Part shown: piece after piece, positions 61,901-64,000 of the stretch
How positions within the stretch are numbered: the first letter of the stretch is position 1
Layout: every line of letters begins with the position of its first letter
Source: Vitrella brassicaformis CCMP3155
Taxonomy: Eukaryota; Protista; Chromerida
Reading direction: 5' to 3'
NCBI GenBank assembly: GCA_001179505.1
Contig: CDMY01000182.1
Coordinates: 1-64,000 of the forward strand
DNA length: 64,000 bases
The notes under the pieces: generated by a model
The model's database searches: none
What the model was told of the DNA's origin: nothing
The model's input: the letters and a program-made list of their open reading frames with translations, nothing else
Made by a program: the position numbers and the translations under genes

Positions 61901-64000
61901 CACCGCTGAATGCCACCGGACATCCAGCGCTGAATGCCGGGGGCCCCCCAGTCACCCCAGGAGCGTTGGATGCCGGGAGAGCCCCAGTCGCTCCACCGCT
62001 GCAGGCCGGGAGAGCCCCAGAAGCTGCGCTGGATGCCAGGAGACGTCCATCCCCAGGTGCGATGGATGCCGACCGGCATCCAGATGCGCTGAATACCGGG
62101 CGACCCCCAGCCCCACCGTTGAAAGCCCGGGGACATCCAACCCCATCGCTGAATGCCGGGGGGCGCCCAGCCCCACCGCTGAATACCGGGCGACATCCAG
62201 CCCCACCGGGCGATGCCCTGCACACATACCACACAACACATATGTGATAGCGGGGCATCAAGTCATGCAGGCAGGTTGGTTACGATGGGCATCCAGTTGT
62301 TCCAGCGACCTAGCCCCACATGGCCCAGGACCCCGAAGTAGCTGTCGAGCCAGCGGGCGATGCCCGTCCATCCCCAACCGTAGGCAGCAGGGTGCCATCT
62401 CGCAATGCCGAACCACCCCCTGGTGCATTCATATGCCGCCAGACAGACAGACAGACAGACGGCAAGAAAATGGGCAAAGCAGCGACAAACCTTCTCTCCT
62501 TTTCTTTTCTGGATTGGCTCACCAGCCGTGGTAGGCAGGACTCACCCAGCGGCCCTTGGCAACCCATCCCTACACATACGAGCAGACGCATCCGTGAAAT
62601 CCATTCATACTAATAGCGCATCCATCCCTCTCGCTCTTCAGTACACTCACCCATCCCCAGTAGTCGTCGAATGACCAGCGGCCGTTGCCCACCCACCTGA
62701 ACCAGACCGTGGACAAGAGGAGGCCAATCCATTCATTGCCTATGTATGTACGTGTGTATATGTGCGGTGCGCGTCCATCACCCGAATCCGGTGTATTCGT
62801 AAGGGTTGTATCCTCGCGCAATGCCGACCCATCCCCTGAAACAAGACAACACAGAGACACATACCTCATCAACACTCCTTCTCGTGTATGATGCCACATG
62901 CCAACATTTACCAGCCCGGGTTCCAGCGGGAGATGTCTTGAGGAGAGAGAACACGGACACAGACAAGAACTGGTGTTATCCGTGCCTCTGCAGTAGGGCT
63001 AGCTGCCTTTCACTCGGCCCACCCACCTTCAATGGTCCGATTCTCCTCTGCTCTAGCAATGCCGGTCCAGCCCCAGTCGGGATTCCAGCGGGCAATGCCA
63101 ACGTAGCCCCTGAAGGAGTCCGAGGCAAGGGAGGCATGCAACTGGATGCAACCCTCTCTGTCATGCATCTAGCGTACCATGACCGTTGGATACCCGGATG
63201 GCCGCTAACCGACACAATCACACACAAGAAAGCGAGTCCAGCCACGGCCTGTCTTCCGCGTGTGTGTGCATGTGTGCGCGCAATACTGTAGGGGATTCCA
63301 ACGCTCGTGGCCTGAAATGGCGCCTCTGCGCGAGTAAGGAAATCAAGAGATTCGACCCCGGACGTAAGCATTTGATACCTGATCGCGGCTTACCCTTCGT
63401 AGTACCACGGGGTCCAGCGTGCCATGCCAAACCAGCCCCTGGTAATCCATACAAGCATAGGCAAATAGGGTTACACGAGCACCACGGCACCTTCACATGC
63501 ATGTGGTCTTTGTGCGCACCAGCTGAAGTATGCGGGATTGAACCAGCGGGCAGTGCCCACCCAGCCCTACAACATCAATTGTTCCATCCAACTCGGGCCC
63601 ATGCACTCCCCCTTGTCTGTCTTCCTCCCTTTGTGCATAGTGTGGTGATGCGTACCCATCCCCAGATGTCGCTCCATCTCCAGTTGGCCCCGCCGACCCA
63701 GTTCCACCCGTGAAATGTGCCGAAGAAGCGAGACACGTCCGATATGGGGAAGAACGGCAGAGTCTTCATGCCGGTCTTGCTGAAGGGCCCGCCCTCGGAC
63801 CACGACAGGGCCGGCGCAAAGGCGAGTTCGTCCCATGGGGATGCTTTCGAGTGGTCGACGAAGTCGGCCGAGCCGCCAGGCAGGAAATATCGAGCTGAGA
63901 AGAGGCCCGGACTCTCGCGAAACCCGAAGCTGTGGAACTGTCCACCACTGGGCAGCCACGCCTCTGCGGCACGCACAGCAGGACGGATGACGTGTCAAAT
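55188..64000 (-). CDS. Multi-domain S8 subtilisin-like serine protease, 5' end outside the window: GxxRW repeat array - unknown domain - prodomain - S8 - Ig-like - NIDO-like - PAN/Apple
   Basis: Catalytic triad VLDTG (Asp 59219-59221), HGTH (His 58963-58965) and GTSMA (Ser 57890-57892), plus NSWGG and AAGN oxyanion motifs. PAN-type [17 protein letters not shown] near the C-terminus. Exon phases were followed from ~63900 into the catalytic domain. Confidence 0.92.
58733..58928. repeat. (TCTG)n microsatellite inside the subtilase intron after HGTH
   Basis: Directly visible, about 195 bp. Confidence 0.95.
61756..63710 (-). repeat. Coding array of ~30 G-x-x-R-W / WG-rich peptide repeats
   Basis: 16 units lie in exon 61574-62217 ([10 protein letters not shown] type). 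14 more lie in ten small exons plus the end of the upstream exon (GWxGIARWxP type). Confidence 0.9.

Noticed and set aside
61756-63710. GW/WG repeats as Argonaute-binding hooks
   Set aside because: AGO hooks sit in cytosolic or nuclear proteins. Here they are fused to a prodomain-bearing subtilase rich in N-glycosylation sequons and carry an invariant Arg. Not fully excluded, because the N-terminus is outside the window.
1-64000. tRNA, rRNA or snRNA genes
   Set aside because: None recognised by eye; tRNAscan-SE/Infernal would be needed to exclude them.

Overview
Eukaryotic nuclear DNA: GC-rich coding exons, many short GT-AG introns filled with (CA)n/(TCTG)n/(GA)n microsatellites, and one 300-N gap. 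The gene families (signal-peptide TLDc proteins, ankyrin proteins ending in ...LG(R/G)ID(D/E)(G/R)GKWVTLGIN) suggest the chromerid alveolate Vitrella brassicaformis; this is an inference from recalled family features. All gene models were spliced by hand. Contents: a WD40-like gene; two alpha/beta hydrolases; fragments of two RLE-type non-LTR retrotransposon families; a Methyltransf_24-type SAM methyltransferase with one AT-AG intron; a stand-alone HHxxxDG acyltransferase; a bacterial-like hypothetical protein; a tandemly duplicated TLDc + ankyrin cassette with reciprocal pseudogenisation; a ~12 kb gene for a chromo-like + CDCA7-type (zf-4CXXC_R1) protein whose zinc finger is split by ~1,490 low-complexity residues; and a multi-domain S8 subtilase running off the right edge. 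The subtilase carries, in the same reading frame upstream of its prodomain, about 30 Trp/Gly-rich G-x-x-R-W peptide repeats, many on their own micro-exons. This repeat-protease fusion is the best candidate for an undescribed system. No rRNA, tRNA or CRISPR array was recognised.
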